This document shows positions 1-9,788 of a stretch of DNA of 64,000 nucleotides, piece after piece. The stretch is taken from positions 32,001 to 96,000 of IMG/VR virus record IMGVR_UViG_3300013131_000024. The stretch is one strand, 5' to 3'. The DNA comes from a virus. The position numbers and the translations under genes were made by a program. Every line of letters starts with the position of its first letter. The first letter of the stretch is position 1. The notes beneath the pieces were generated by a model, which was not told where the DNA came from, ran no database searches, and worked only from the letters and a program-made list of their open reading frames with translations.

Positions 1-600
1 GAACCTGGTATGGACAGATTTAATCAGCCGGGTTGGGTTAATCGTGTTTGGACCAGCGGCAATTATCGCAGAGCCCATATCGATGTAGTCGATGCCCGAT
101 CAACAAAGGGCCTCTGGATGATGCACTGCTGTGTCTTTCCACATATCCATAACCCGGCACCCATATTTGGATTCGATGTGATCGCAGGCAAAAACAAAAT
201 CACAGGCTGTTTCATAGATTACAGTCCTACTGTCGATCGCGATCATCCTATGATAGACTATTTCTCTGAAGAAGTTAGCAGATACGAATGGATCAAGAAA
301 CGTGAATTACCCGAGTGGGCACAGCGTATTTTTAGCTCTAGCATGGTGGCAGCGGGCAATGTCAATGATGAAAACGAATTATCTCAGATAGAAAGTCTAG
401 CACATATTCTAGTAAATCATTACACAGAAACAGTAGGTGAAACTAACAACACTGTGACAGATGCTACATTTGAGCAGAATTACTATGCACAAAATCAGAA
501 GCAAAACCCACATACACCCAAAGTAATGGCTAGTTTAGGTTTAAATGAAGAGGATATTAGGGTTTTCATCCAGGATTGCCTGTTCCCGGAAATGCGCTAA
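1..600 (+). CDS. pcyX: Ferredoxin-dependent bilin reductase, phage PcyX-like (probably 5'-truncated by the window edge)
   Basis: Motifs RRAH-DVVD, MMHCCVFP, PIFGFDVIAG and C-terminal QKQNPHT...MASLG...LFP are typical of the PcyA/PcyX family; frame is open to position 1. Confidence 0.75.
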   Translation, partial: EPGMDRFNQPGWVNRVWTSGNYRRAHIDVVDARSTKGLWMMHCCVFPHIHNPAPIFGFDVIAGKNKITGCFIDYSPTVDRDHPMIDYFSEEVSRYEWIKKRELPEWAQRIFSSSMVAAGNVNDENELSQIESLAHILVNHYTETVGETNNTVTDATFEQNYYAQNQKQNPHTPKVMASLGLNEEDIRVFIQDCLFPEMR

Positions 601-610
601 ATACTCTACT

Positions 611-2059
611 ATGAGATTTTTTGAATTTAAATTACCAGCCCTAGGGTCTGATTTTTCTGCCGAAATAGAAGCAGATTTGCAAACTATTGCTGCTGCACTA
701 GATGAAAAACCTGAATTGGAAAAGCAGGTCAATCAAGAGTTAGAAAAATTACTGAAACAGGCCGACTCCATTCTAGCTAAGAATGCAGGCGCAGCACCAG
801 TTCAAAAACAACCACAACAACCACCACTGGATCAAACCAAAGAAAATTTAGATGAGGATGCTGCAACTTACACTCTCATAGACGATCTAAATGCTACAAT
901 CGATCAAATATGTGCAGCAGTAAAAAACTGTGATGCTATTGTTAAACCTTTCAAAGATAAAATTAAACAACTTAGGTCAATGGTTGAGAAAGAACTGGCA
1001 TCAGCTTTACAAAAAGGAAAAGAAACAAGAGATATAGAAATCCAACAATTTTTCAGCGGATTAGAAGATCAATTAAAACAATTAGCAGCAAAAGCTGCAC
1101 CAGATGCAAAAACACTTAAAGAAATAGTGATAAGATTTAAAAGCAGTTTTAGTGATACTATACTTAGAGATAGAAAAATAACTCAAGAGGATTTTGCAAC
1201 TTTTCTTAACGATGCTATCAACGGTAGAGTTATCGATATGGAAAATTTAGTTAAATCTCAACAAGGAAACATAGAATCCTATATCAAAGATCCAAAGCAT
1301 AAAGAAATATTCAACATCATAAAAGACGATATCTTTGGATATGTCCCTGGAGGCACTGGTGCAAATTTAGGGCCCGGAGAAGTAGCGTTGACCATGTTTG
1401 GTAATCCTATTAGAAAAGGCGACGTGGGTGATTTAGAAGTCAATGGTATAATGTATGAAGTAAAGGGTGGTAGGACTACAGGCAAAGAAAGCGGATATGG
1501 TGGTAGACTTAATGGCAAAGCCGTACTTAAGCCTACATCTGGAATGCGTATCATAACAAACTACTTTGCTCAAAAATTACCCAAAGTCGATCCTACTATG
1601 AAAGGAAAAACAGGAAAAACTGTTAGTAGATTTAACTGGAATAGCAAAGGAATCAGCAATCTAAATAATGTAGTAAGTGAAAGTATCAAGAGAAAGGATC
1701 TTATCAGAAAATTTAACCAAGGTCTAATGCTTGAACTTTGGAAAACTTTGATCACTAATAATGAAGAAATCAAGAATTTTGATAATCGTGTGATTGCTAT
1801 GGTTGATCCTCAAAGCGGTATTATCGACCCAGCTAACGCTATGCGAATTTCTACCGAACTGCTTTATGAAAGTTATGCTTTATCAGATGGTCAATTACTC
1901 AAGGGAAAAAGACAATTTAACATTATAGTATTAAATGCTGGAACACTCAACTATAGAATGATTAGAAAATCTCAGGATATTTCTAACGTTCAAATCGTAG
2001 GCGGAATTAGTTGGAATGATGCGAATCAAAGTTCTAGTCCTCAACTTTACATCCCATAA
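611..2059 (+). CDS. Hypothetical protein: helical N-terminal half, possible PD-(D/E)xK-like C-terminal domain
   Basis: ATG 611 follows TAAATA at 598-603; contains GPGE...GDL...YEVKG. Confidence 0.6.
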   Translation: MRFFEFKLPALGSDFSAEIEADLQTIAAALDEKPELEKQVNQELEKLLKQADSILAKNAGAAPVQKQPQQPPLDQTKENLDEDAATYTLIDDLNATIDQICAAVKNCDAIVKPFKDKIKQLRSMVEKELASALQKGKETRDIEIQQFFSGLEDQLKQLAAKAAPDAKTLKEIVIRFKSSFSDTILRDRKITQEDFATFLNDAINGRVIDMENLVKSQQGNIESYIKDPKHKEIFNIIKDDIFGYVPGGTGANLGPGEVALTMFGNPIRKGDVGDLEVNGIMYEVKGGRTTGKESGYGGRLNGKAVLKPTSGMRIITNYFAQKLPKVDPTMKGKTGKTVSRFNWNSKGISNLNNVVSESIKRKDLIRKFNQGLMLELWKTLITNNEEIKNFDNRVIAMVDPQSGIIDPANAMRISTELLYESYALSDGQLLKGKRQFNIIVLNAGTLNYRMIRKSQDISNVQIVGGISWNDANQSSSPQLYIP

Positions 2060-2121
2060 TACTACAATTTAATATTTCATAGTTTCGCTCTAAATACTAT
2101 ACCGACTACCGGGAGCGAATA

Positions 2122-2949
2122 ATGAAAAAAATAATAACTGGTCTCGTGTTGGGATTAGTTTCTCTGTCAGCTAGTGCTCAAACAACCTATGACTCTAAAT
2201 CATTGGTTGATACTAATAATAACAGCACTTCTACAAGCACTGTCAATAGTACCAGTACAAATACAAATAATAATGTAAACACTAGTACAGTTAATAGTGT
2301 CAGCACTAACACCAATATAAACCAAAACACTAGTACCAGTACCAGTGTGAATACCAATAACAATATCAATACTGGACATACAACAAGTGCCAACACAAAT
2401 ACAAATAATAATACTAATGTAAACACCAGTACCAGCACTGCTACAAGCACAAATCAAAATAATAATGTGAATCAAAATATTAATAGTGGAGACATGACCA
2501 ATAGAAATATTAATGAAAGTAATATTACACAAAAAGTAATTCAACCACCACCAACTGCTATTGCACCTGCAATGATGAGCGGAGGAAACAATGATCTCTG
2601 TACTACGGGAACCAGCGGTGCTGTACAGACGCAGATCCTGGGTATCAGTTCAGGAGGCACAGTTCGTGACATGAACTGCGAAAGATTAAAGAATGCTAAA
2701 ACATTGTATGATATGGGAATGAAGGTAGCTGCTGTGGCTACTATGTGTCAAGATCGTAGAGTATTTGATGCTATGTGGCATGCGGGTACACCTTGTCCTT
2801 ATGAGGGTGTAATTGGCGAACAGGCTCGTGTAGCATGGAATGCCAATCCAGATAAATGGCCAAAACCTGAGGAACCAAAGAGTGATGATTTCTATAAAAA
2901 GACTGGCTGGGGTGCTTTGCTTGGCATTCTGCTTTTTGCCATATTCTAA
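2122..2949 (+). CDS. Secreted/membrane-anchored protein with Asn/Thr-rich low-complexity region and Cys-containing C-terminal domain
   Basis: Signal peptide MKKIITGLVLGLVSLSASA, N/T/S repeats, C-terminal hydrophobic anchor, GGAG RBS. Confidence 0.8.
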   Translation: MKKIITGLVLGLVSLSASAQTTYDSKSLVDTNNNSTSTSTVNSTSTNTNNNVNTSTVNSVSTNTNINQNTSTSTSVNTNNNINTGHTTSANTNTNNNTNVNTSTSTATSTNQNNNVNQNINSGDMTNRNINESNITQKVIQPPPTAIAPAMMSGGNNDLCTTGTSGAVQTQILGISSGGTVRDMNCERLKNAKTLYDMGMKVAAVATMCQDRRVFDAMWHAGTPCPYEGVIGEQARVAWNANPDKWPKPEEPKSDDFYKKTGWGALLGILLFAIF

Positions 2950-5182
2950 CGCCCAGCAGATAGATCCCACCACAGGTAATCTAATCTATACTGATGCTAA
3001 TCCGCCGCCTGGTGGTTATGCCGCTCAGGGTGCATCCTGGACTGGACCGTTTGTCGGTACCAATTCAAATGGTGGCGGATTTTCTGGTGGCAATGTACCA
3101 GGGTGGAATCCCTCTACTGGCACATGGATGTTTGGCTATAATCAAGGTACAGTTTCTTATTCTACTTCAATACCTGCTGCCTTTGCTAACGCAGGTTCTG
3201 GCGTTTTAGTCAATGGATATACCTACAGTTGGAATTACCTCAATCAAGACTTCAGTAGAGGTACATTATCTGCCAACATCAATATAAGAAGTAACACAGG
3301 CTCTGTACTACACAGTTATAATTACAACATGCCTCAGACAACTGGAGGTTGGACCAATGTCAGTGGTGTACAAAACTTTGGAGTCCAGTATAATCCTTTA
3401 TCGTTGGGTAATTTAAATTTTAGCTTGACCGGTAAAGATGATCGTTGGTGGGCAGGATATTACGGTCCGCAGATTAAAGACATAGATGTAAGATTAAAAT
3501 ACTCTGTTGACCCTTGTGTGTCTAACTCTTTATATGGTAGTCATTGTCCGGGTTTCAACGATATAGTTACATCAGGCAATTTGATGGGAAGTAATCCATC
3601 GATAAGCTGGGGACAGTCTTTCAATGAAATCATATCCATAAGCACAGCACTACAACATGGTGGCTTGGGAGTAAAAGTACATGGATTTAATTGGGGCTAC
3701 GATGTAAAAAGTAATGATCCGTATTGTGCTGCTTGGTTTATAGTATGTTTCGATAATAGAGATCCGTTAGCTAGAACAACTGTCAATATTACGAATAGTG
3801 CAGGTCAAAGCATTTATTCTGTTTCCAGAGATTACAATGATATTAATAGCTATCAAAGTAAATCATATTCATACAATTTACCCAACAGCACAAATAGTTT
3901 AAGTTTAGGAAATTTTTCATTACAAGGTCAAACTTGGGATAACGCAGGAATACAAAATGTCTATGTAAATGCTAGATATACTCCAGACCAGTGCGTAACA
4001 AATCCTTTGTTTAGCGTTAGCTGTACTGGTTATGCAGAAGCTTTCTTTCAACAACAATGTTCTGCTAATCCGTTATATAATCAAACCTGTCCCGGGTATG
4101 CACAGGCATACTATAATCAACAATGTAGTTTAAATACTTTATATGATAGTGGATGCCCGGGATATGCACAGGCATATTTTAATCAACAGTGTTCATTAGA
4201 TCCTTTATATAATCAAGCATGTCCAGGTTATGCTCAGGCATATTTTAACAATCAGTGTTCATTGAACGCATTGTATAATATACAATGTCCAGGTTATGCT
4301 CAGGCAAAAGTTTTAAAGGACATGCAGGATAAACAAACCGCATCAACGGAATCTACATCAAATTCAAGTTCTTCATATACTTCCAATTCTTCTCCATCGA
4401 CGCAAACGTCATCAACGGTTGCGTTAGCCGATCCAACTAGAACAGAAACTGTGATTACTACAGACGTCGGTGGTGTTGAATTGACTACCTCTGGTCAAGT
4501 TAGTATTCCAACCGGTGAAACAACCTCAACTAAAGAAGCTGTTAAAGAAGCAGCTAGGGCAGAAGAAAAGAAAGAAGAACAAAAAGCAGAAACTAACAAA
4601 GCAGAAGATAAAAAACGTGTAGATCCTCGGACACTGGCAGTGGCCATGGCCGCAGTTGCCGCAACAGAACGTACAGCATTAGCCACAGCCGAGCAAGCGA
4701 TAGTAATGAGTCAAGCTAGCATTGGGCCTAATGATGGTAATGGTATTACACTAGGATCTGGATTGACTTTACAAAATAATAGATCGCAATCATCATTTAA
4801 TGATAAAATTGATGAAAGGAAGGATGAAGGTAGGAATACAGCTTCTCAACGAACATCAGGGCCGACCGACAATATTAATTTGTTGGCAATGCCAATTCAA
4901 CCAGTTCCTGATACTAATCAAAAGGCAGGACCTAGCGTAAGACGTGGTGGCACAGTCGAGGGCATGGAAGGCGGTCCCGATCCTACAGCATTAGCTCGTG
5001 CACCAATGGATTTCAACCAATATTTGAATTCACAGTTGAAAGATGCTCAGTTCTATCAAAGTCGAGAAATTTACCGCGGACAGAGAACTGTTGATAACGC
5101 TAGAGCACAGCGTTTCCTAAATGGTGCTAGCGATGTACTGCACCAACGTATGGTGGAACAACAATATCAGATAGGACAATGA
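2885..5182 (+). CDS. Large secreted protein with 22-aa Cys-rich repeats
   Basis: Signal peptide from ATG 2885 (MISIKRLAGVLCLAFCFLPYSNA); repeats C-x3-PLY-x3-CPGYAQAY. Confidence 0.8.
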   Translation: MISIKRLAGVLCLAFCFLPYSNAQQIDPTTGNLIYTDANPPPGGYAAQGASWTGPFVGTNSNGGGFSGGNVPGWNPSTGTWMFGYNQGTVSYSTSIPAAFANAGSGVLVNGYTYSWNYLNQDFSRGTLSANINIRSNTGSVLHSYNYNMPQTTGGWTNVSGVQNFGVQYNPLSLGNLNFSLTGKDDRWWAGYYGPQIKDIDVRLKYSVDPCVSNSLYGSHCPGFNDIVTSGNLMGSNPSISWGQSFNEIISISTALQHGGLGVKVHGFNWGYDVKSNDPYCAAWFIVCFDNRDPLARTTVNITNSAGQSIYSVSRDYNDINSYQSKSYSYNLPNSTNSLSLGNFSLQGQTWDNAGIQNVYVNARYTPDQCVTNPLFSVSCTGYAEAFFQQQCSANPLYNQTCPGYAQAYYNQQCSLNTLYDSGCPGYAQAYFNQQCSLDPLYNQACPGYAQAYFNNQCSLNALYNIQCPGYAQAKVLKDMQDKQTASTESTSNSSSSYTSNSSPSTQTSSTVALADPTRTETVITTDVGGVELTTSGQVSIPTGETTSTKEAVKEAARAEEKKEEQKAETNKAEDKKRVDPRTLAVAMAAVAATERTALATAEQAIVMSQASIGPNDGNGITLGSGLTLQNNRSQSSFNDKIDERKDEGRNTASQRTSGPTDNINLLAMPIQPVPDTNQKAGPSVRRGGTVEGMEGGPDPTALARAPMDFNQYLNSQLKDAQFYQSREIYRGQRTVDNARAQRFLNGASDVLHQRMVEQQYQIGQ

Positions 5183-5183
5183 T

Positions 5184-5624
5184 ATGTCTAGCATAGATTT
5201 TTCCGCAGGTAAAGCTGCATCAGGAACCCTAAAAGAAGCACAGAATATAGGCAAAGAAGTTGCAGGGGTTATCACAGATCAACAAGCTGACATGGAAAAA
5301 ACTGTTCAGGAACAGCATCGTAAAAGAATGAAAGAAAAGGCTCAGATGGAACTACAGGCATTATCAGAAGATTTTAAAGCCTTTGACAAGTATGAAGCTG
5401 AAAGAAAACATCAGCAGGCAGTGAATCAATTGAAAGTTGAGGCTATCAAAAAATATGGAAAAAATGCCTGGACGGAAATAGAAGCTGTTAAAGTAAAGAT
5501 GAAAAAAGAATACGAACAAGAAATGAAATTTATAGACAGTGATCGACACAAGATGATGGATTTATTTTATTGGTGTTTAACAGTTTCTGCAGTTATAACT
5601 TATTTTTTTAAATTATACAAATGA
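5184..5624 (+). CDS. Coiled-coil protein with C-terminal TM helix
   Basis: ORF track; hydrophobic C-terminus. Confidence 0.7.
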   Translation: MSSIDFSAGKAASGTLKEAQNIGKEVAGVITDQQADMEKTVQEQHRKRMKEKAQMELQALSEDFKAFDKYEAERKHQQAVNQLKVEAIKKYGKNAWTEIEAVKVKMKKEYEQEMKFIDSDRHKMMDLFYWCLTVSAVITYFFKLYK

Positions 5625-5704
5625 AAGCACAACCTACTATTTTTATACTTACAATAATAACTATACTAATTCTTCTATGGGCAGAACACAGCTTAAAAAT
5701 GTAA
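5621..5704 (+). CDS. 27-aa membrane mini-protein (MKAQPTIFILTIITILILLWAEHSLKM)
   Basis: ATGA overlap with upstream stop; single hydrophobic helix; not in ORF track. Confidence 0.45.
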   Translation: MKAQPTIFILTIITILILLWAEHSLKM

Positions 5705-5714
5705 AGGACACAAA

Positions 5715-5861
5715 ATGTTATTTGAATCATTTATGATTTTTTATTTGTTAGAAATATTAGTTTTAATATCAATGGCCATATGGTACTATAAAGAACCTAA
5801 ACTAATTGAAAAGAAAATTCACGATCCTTGGGGTTTTTTGGAAAGAAGGAAAATAAAATGA
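5715..5861 (+). CDS. 48-aa membrane mini-protein
   Basis: AAGGA RBS; hydrophobic N-terminus; ATGA overlap with next gene. Confidence 0.5.
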   Translation: MLFESFMIFYLLEILVLISMAIWYYKEPKLIEKKIHDPWGFLERRKIK

Positions 5862-6505
5862 GCGAAGAAGTAGATATTAATAAAAAAGTTGATGATTTAG
5901 AGGCTGCAAAAGAAAAGTATCTTAGCGAAAATACAGTGATTAGCATCGGTGGTTATGCTTTTACACCGGCTAAGTTGATGATCGCTGCCACCATAGTATC
6001 GTCAGTGCTAGGTGGATTATACGGTGCGTTCGAAATCTATAAAGACTATATGGACATGAAAGACAAGATCGCGAACTATGTCACACCAGACCTAACTGAG
6101 ATCTATAAGAAGATGGAAGTGTTGGACGCCAACACCAGTAAAATGGTTGAATACACTGACAACATCAAGACTGATCTAAAAAATGATGTACGTAGATTAG
6201 AATCAGTAGTTGAAAATGTCGAACGTAGTTCTAAGCAGACGGCACGTGACACTGATCAAACAGTCAAGGAGATAAAACGTGACACTGATCAAACAGTCAA
6301 GGAGATAAAACGTGATGTTGACAACACTCTTAAGGAAACTAGAAGATACAGTGATCAAACTGTTAAAGAAATCAATCAAGAGATAACTCGAAATAATCAA
6401 GAGATGGCTAGAAATCAAAAAGAAACTCAGATTGAGATACGTGCATTGAGAAAAGAGGTAGATGAAAAAATTAAGAAAGCATTGGACAATCCATTGTCCC
6501 AATAA
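5858..6505 (+). CDS. Membrane-anchored coiled-coil protein (paralog A) with 11-aa repeats
   Basis: TM segment then helical repeats RDTDQTVKEIK; similar to 6518-7027. Confidence 0.8.
   Translation: MSEEVDINKKVDDLEAAKEKYLSENTVISIGGYAFTPAKLMIAATIVSSVLGGLYGAFEIYKDYMDMKDKIANYVTPDLTEIYKKMEVLDANTSKMVEYTDNIKTDLKNDVRRLESVVENVERSSKQTARDTDQTVKEIKRDTDQTVKEIKRDVDNTLKETRRYSDQTVKEINQEITRNNQEMARNQKETQIEIRALRKEVDEKIKKALDNPLSQ
6245..6310 (+). repeat. Perfect 33-nt tandem duplication (cgtgacactgatcaaacagtcaaggagataaaa x2)
   Basis: Seen directly; encodes RDTDQTVKEIK twice. Confidence 0.9.
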
Positions 6506-6517
6506 GGAGAGGAGCAA

Positions 6518-7027
6518 GTGGCAGAAGAAAAAGATATAAACAAAGCAGTAGATGATTTAGCGGCGGCCAAAGAGAAATATCTCAGTGCTAATACTGTTAT
6601 CAGTATAGGCGGATATAGTTTTACTCCGGCGAAGTTAATGATAGCAGGAGGTATTATTTCATCAGTGCTAGGTGGGCTCTATGGTGCTTTTGAAGTATAT
6701 AAAGGCTATCAAGATATGAAAGAAAAAATAGCAAAATATGTAGCACCAGATCTGTCAGAATTTGACAAGCGTCTGACTGTAATAGAAAAAAATCAAGCTG
6801 AAACTTCTAATACTTTGAAAGACTCGGCTTCGAAGACAGCAGATTATACCCGTGATATCAAAAATGATTTGAAGGCTGATATTCGCAAAATTGAAAAAGT
6901 CGTAGATGATGTTGAGCGTAGCAATAAGCAGATGCAGAGAGATGTTGACAAAGACGTCAGGGAGCTGCGCAGGGAAATAGATAGAAAGATCAAAGAAGCT
7001 TTGGATAACCCATTAGCAAACAAATAA
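6518..7027 (+). CDS. Membrane-anchored coiled-coil protein (paralog B)
   Basis: Shares EKYLSxNTVISIGGY-FTPAKLMIA and ALDNPL with paralog A. Confidence 0.8.
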   Translation: MAEEKDINKAVDDLAAAKEKYLSANTVISIGGYSFTPAKLMIAGGIISSVLGGLYGAFEVYKGYQDMKEKIAKYVAPDLSEFDKRLTVIEKNQAETSNTLKDSASKTADYTRDIKNDLKADIRKIEKVVDDVERSNKQMQRDVDKDVRELRREIDRKIKEALDNPLANK

Positions 7028-7050
7028 ATAACTGTTTGTAAGGAGCCACT

Positions 7051-7350
7051 ATGAAAGGCCAAGTAGTAGTGGCGTTCCTATTAAGCTTATCTAGCTCTAT
7101 AGCCAACGCCCAATTTGAAACAAGTAAACCTGTGATTTGCGATGATACAAAAAAAATTGTTAGATCATTAGTAGAAATTTACAATGAAAAACCTGTGTGG
7201 GGTGCTGTCAATCCTCAAGACTCTACCAGATTCAGTCTTTTTGTAAATAATAAGACAGGAGCATGGACATTGATACAAATGAATCCGCAAGTAGCATGTA
7301 TTCTAGGTGTGGGCGAAGAATCAAAAATGATTTTCGACAATGACGCCTAA
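7051..7350 (+). CDS. Small secreted protein
   Basis: AAGGAG RBS, signal peptide, two Cys. Confidence 0.7.
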   Translation: MKGQVVVAFLLSLSSSIANAQFETSKPVICDDTKKIVRSLVEIYNEKPVWGAVNPQDSTRFSLFVNNKTGAWTLIQMNPQVACILGVGEESKMIFDNDA

Positions 7351-7549
7351 AGAGCAATTCCAGACATTACTTTATCCAAGTTGGTTTATTGATTCAATGG
7401 TAAATCAGTGGCTTGATTTTTGTGTATATTCTATGCTACAATTATATTTTATGCCTGCAACATTGATGGATCAAGGAACGGAAGCAGAGAAATGGATTTC
7501 TAGTTTTTCTACTAACGGGATGAAAAATTTTAATATTTGTAAACAATGA
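7340..7549 (+). CDS. Hypothetical small protein
   Basis: Overlaps both neighbours in operon style. Confidence 0.45.
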   Translation: MTPKEQFQTLLYPSWFIDSMVNQWLDFCVYSMLQLYFMPATLMDQGTEAEKWISSFSTNGMKNFNICKQ

Positions 7550-8256
7550 TTAAATTAACTATATTGCTGTTGACATTTTTCTTATCATTACCCTTATCAG
7601 CTAAAGATATCACAGCCACAGCGTGGTTAGTTGCCGATGCTGATGGAGAAATTCTCAACAGCGCAAACATTTACGAAGAAAGAAGCATTGCAAGTATAAC
7701 CAAATTAATGACAGTCATGGTAGTGCTTGATGCTAATCAAGATCTTGACCAGTATCTTAAACCTTATACCAGGAGAGAATTATTACAGCTATCCATAGTT
7801 CATAGTGATAATGCAGCTAGTGAAAAATTATGTCAAAACTATCCTGGGGGTAGAAGTAGTTGCATTTCTGCAATGAATCAAAAAGCAAAATTCCTCGGAA
7901 TGATCCATACTCAGTTTTCCGATCCAACAGGTTTAGGTATGACCAATCGCAGTACTGCTTATGATCTTGTAAAATTAGTACAGGCTGCACATCATTATCC
8001 CTTGATTGTAGATGCTAGTCAAATGAGTGCGGTAAAGATCAGGAAAAAGAAAAAGTATTTGGTTTATAGAAATACCAATCCTTTGGTTTCGACCAAGGAA
8101 TTTCTAGTAAGCAAAACAGGATATATTCGCGCCAGCGGAGGGTGTATAGTCATGATGTTAGACACCCATCTTGGACGCAGAATCGTTGTACTATTAAACT
8201 CAAAAAATACCAGGACTAGAATTCCAGAGGCATATAAGTTAGCTACTTTATACTAA
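7546..8256 (+). CDS. Serine D-Ala-D-Ala carboxy/endopeptidase (peptidase S11, PBP5/PBP7-like)
   Basis: Signal peptide; SxxK (ASITK), SDN and KTG motifs. Confidence 0.9.
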   Translation: MIKLTILLLTFFLSLPLSAKDITATAWLVADADGEILNSANIYEERSIASITKLMTVMVVLDANQDLDQYLKPYTRRELLQLSIVHSDNAASEKLCQNYPGGRSSCISAMNQKAKFLGMIHTQFSDPTGLGMTNRSTAYDLVKLVQAAHHYPLIVDASQMSAVKIRKKKKYLVYRNTNPLVSTKEFLVSKTGYIRASGGCIVMMLDTHLGRRIVVLLNSKNTRTRIPEAYKLATLY

Positions 8257-8258
8257 AC

Positions 8259-8402
8259 TTATCTCCCCTGACCCCTGTATTTTTTATAATTTCTTCGTTT
8301 GGTTTTGTTCATAGAACTTGTTTTTGCCACCCCTCCCTGACTAGTTCTTTTATGAACAGACACATGTGTATTAATGGATGTACTACCCTTAGTTTTAGCC
8401 AT
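8259..8402 (-). CDS. 47-aa basic peptide (MAKTKGSTS...NYKKYRGQGR)
   Basis: Read manually; GGAG RBS and TAAATA upstream on the minus strand; not in ORF track. Confidence 0.7.
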   Translation of the reverse strand: MAKTKGSTSINTHVSVHKRTSQGGVAKTSSMNKTKRRNYKKYRGQGR

Positions 8403-8487
8403 TATCTATCTCCAAAACACTATTTAATACATTGACAAATCTATATTTTTGTGTTATTATAGTAAAAAATCAACTTTCTCAGTTATT

Positions 8488-9330
8488 ATGAAAATCCAAA
8501 TAGTATCCGATCTCCATCTAGAGTTCGAAGATATTTTCATCAAGAATGAAAACTCCGCAGATATGCTGATTCTCAGCGGAGATATCCTCGTGACTGATGA
8601 TCTTTACAATCAACCTGTTAATCTCGCTTGGAGTGATGTTCAGGACACCGGATTTGGCCGTGCTAAACGCAGCATCCGTTATCGGGATTTTTTGAGCCGT
8701 GTCAGCTTTCAATTTCCTCATGTAATTTACGTCATGGGCAACCACGAACACTATCATGGCAAATTTGATAAGAGTGCTGAGATCATCAAACAAACTTTAG
8801 GATACCTTAACATCAATAATGTCTATCTCTTAGACAATGATACCAAAGATATCGACGGTGTGCGGTTTGTTGGTGGTACTATGTGGACTGACTGCAACAA
8901 AGGTGATCCTATGACACAGTATCACCTCGAGCAATGTATGAATGATTTCCGTATCATACGCATTGCCAACGAAGGATTTCGTAAGTTTCTTCCGGCCCGT
9001 ACTATCACAGAACATGTCAAGACCAAACAATATCTTGAAACTGTGATTCACGGCACACCGGATGACATGCCTGTAGTTGTCTGTACTCATCACGCACCTA
9101 GTGCTATGAGCATACATGAAATGTACAAACATGATCATCTAATGAACGGTGGCTACTACAGCGATCTCAGTGAGTTCATACTAGATCGTCCTAAGGTCAA
9201 ACTATGGACACACGGTCATATGCATCAGTGTTCTGATTACAATATAGGTGATTGTCGTGTGGTTTGTAATCCTCGCGGATATAATGACGAAAATCGTGCT
9301 TTCAATAGTCAATTTATAGTCGAAATATGA
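8488..9330 (+). CDS. Calcineurin-like metallophosphoesterase
   Basis: DLH, GD, GNHE, HH and GHMH motifs. Confidence 0.9.
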   Translation: MKIQIVSDLHLEFEDIFIKNENSADMLILSGDILVTDDLYNQPVNLAWSDVQDTGFGRAKRSIRYRDFLSRVSFQFPHVIYVMGNHEHYHGKFDKSAEIIKQTLGYLNINNVYLLDNDTKDIDGVRFVGGTMWTDCNKGDPMTQYHLEQCMNDFRIIRIANEGFRKFLPARTITEHVKTKQYLETVIHGTPDDMPVVVCTHHAPSAMSIHEMYKHDHLMNGGYYSDLSEFILDRPKVKLWTHGHMHQCSDYNIGDCRVVCNPRGYNDENRAFNSQFIVEI

Positions 9331-9788
9331 ACACTGTATTTTACAAAAAAGTAGGACGTAGATATCAACCAGTCAGCGAATATGATAGTGAGCTATGTGA
9401 TGCGTTTCCTCAAGGAGCGCATCTCGTAGTAACTAGACCGGGTAGTCGCAGTACGCATTACAGAATAGATCCTGCGCTGGCACCTATGATCGCCGCAGGA
9501 CGTTATGCACAAGATGCCATGGCTGATACTATTAGACGGACTACGGAACTACGTCCTGTCAATCATCAGTTATCAGAAGAAGAACAAATTAAATGGAAAC
9601 AGTTTATCAAAACTATGCCAGATGAATTTCGTTTTATGATGACGCATGGCTCTGCCATTGAGGCTGTGGATGCAGGTATCAAAGCTATGCAAGCAGAGGC
9701 AGATAAGATGTTAACCAATCCTGCTGTGCGTAAGGCTTATGATAACTTTATACTATTGTGTAAACTTGCCAAAGAAGAGGACGTATGA
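9327..9788 (+). CDS. Hypothetical phage protein
   Basis: ORF track; ATGA overlap. Confidence 0.7.
   Translation: MNTVFYKKVGRRYQPVSEYDSELCDAFPQGAHLVVTRPGSRSTHYRIDPALAPMIAAGRYAQDAMADTIRRTTELRPVNHQLSEEEQIKWKQFIKTMPDEFRFMMTHGSAIEAVDAGIKAMQAEADKMLTNPAVRKAYDNFILLCKLAKEEDV

Noticed and set aside
2187-2544. Hydrophobic minus-strand ORFs (VLVL repeats)
   Set aside because: They are the antisense reading of the Asn/Thr-rich tract of 2122-2949.
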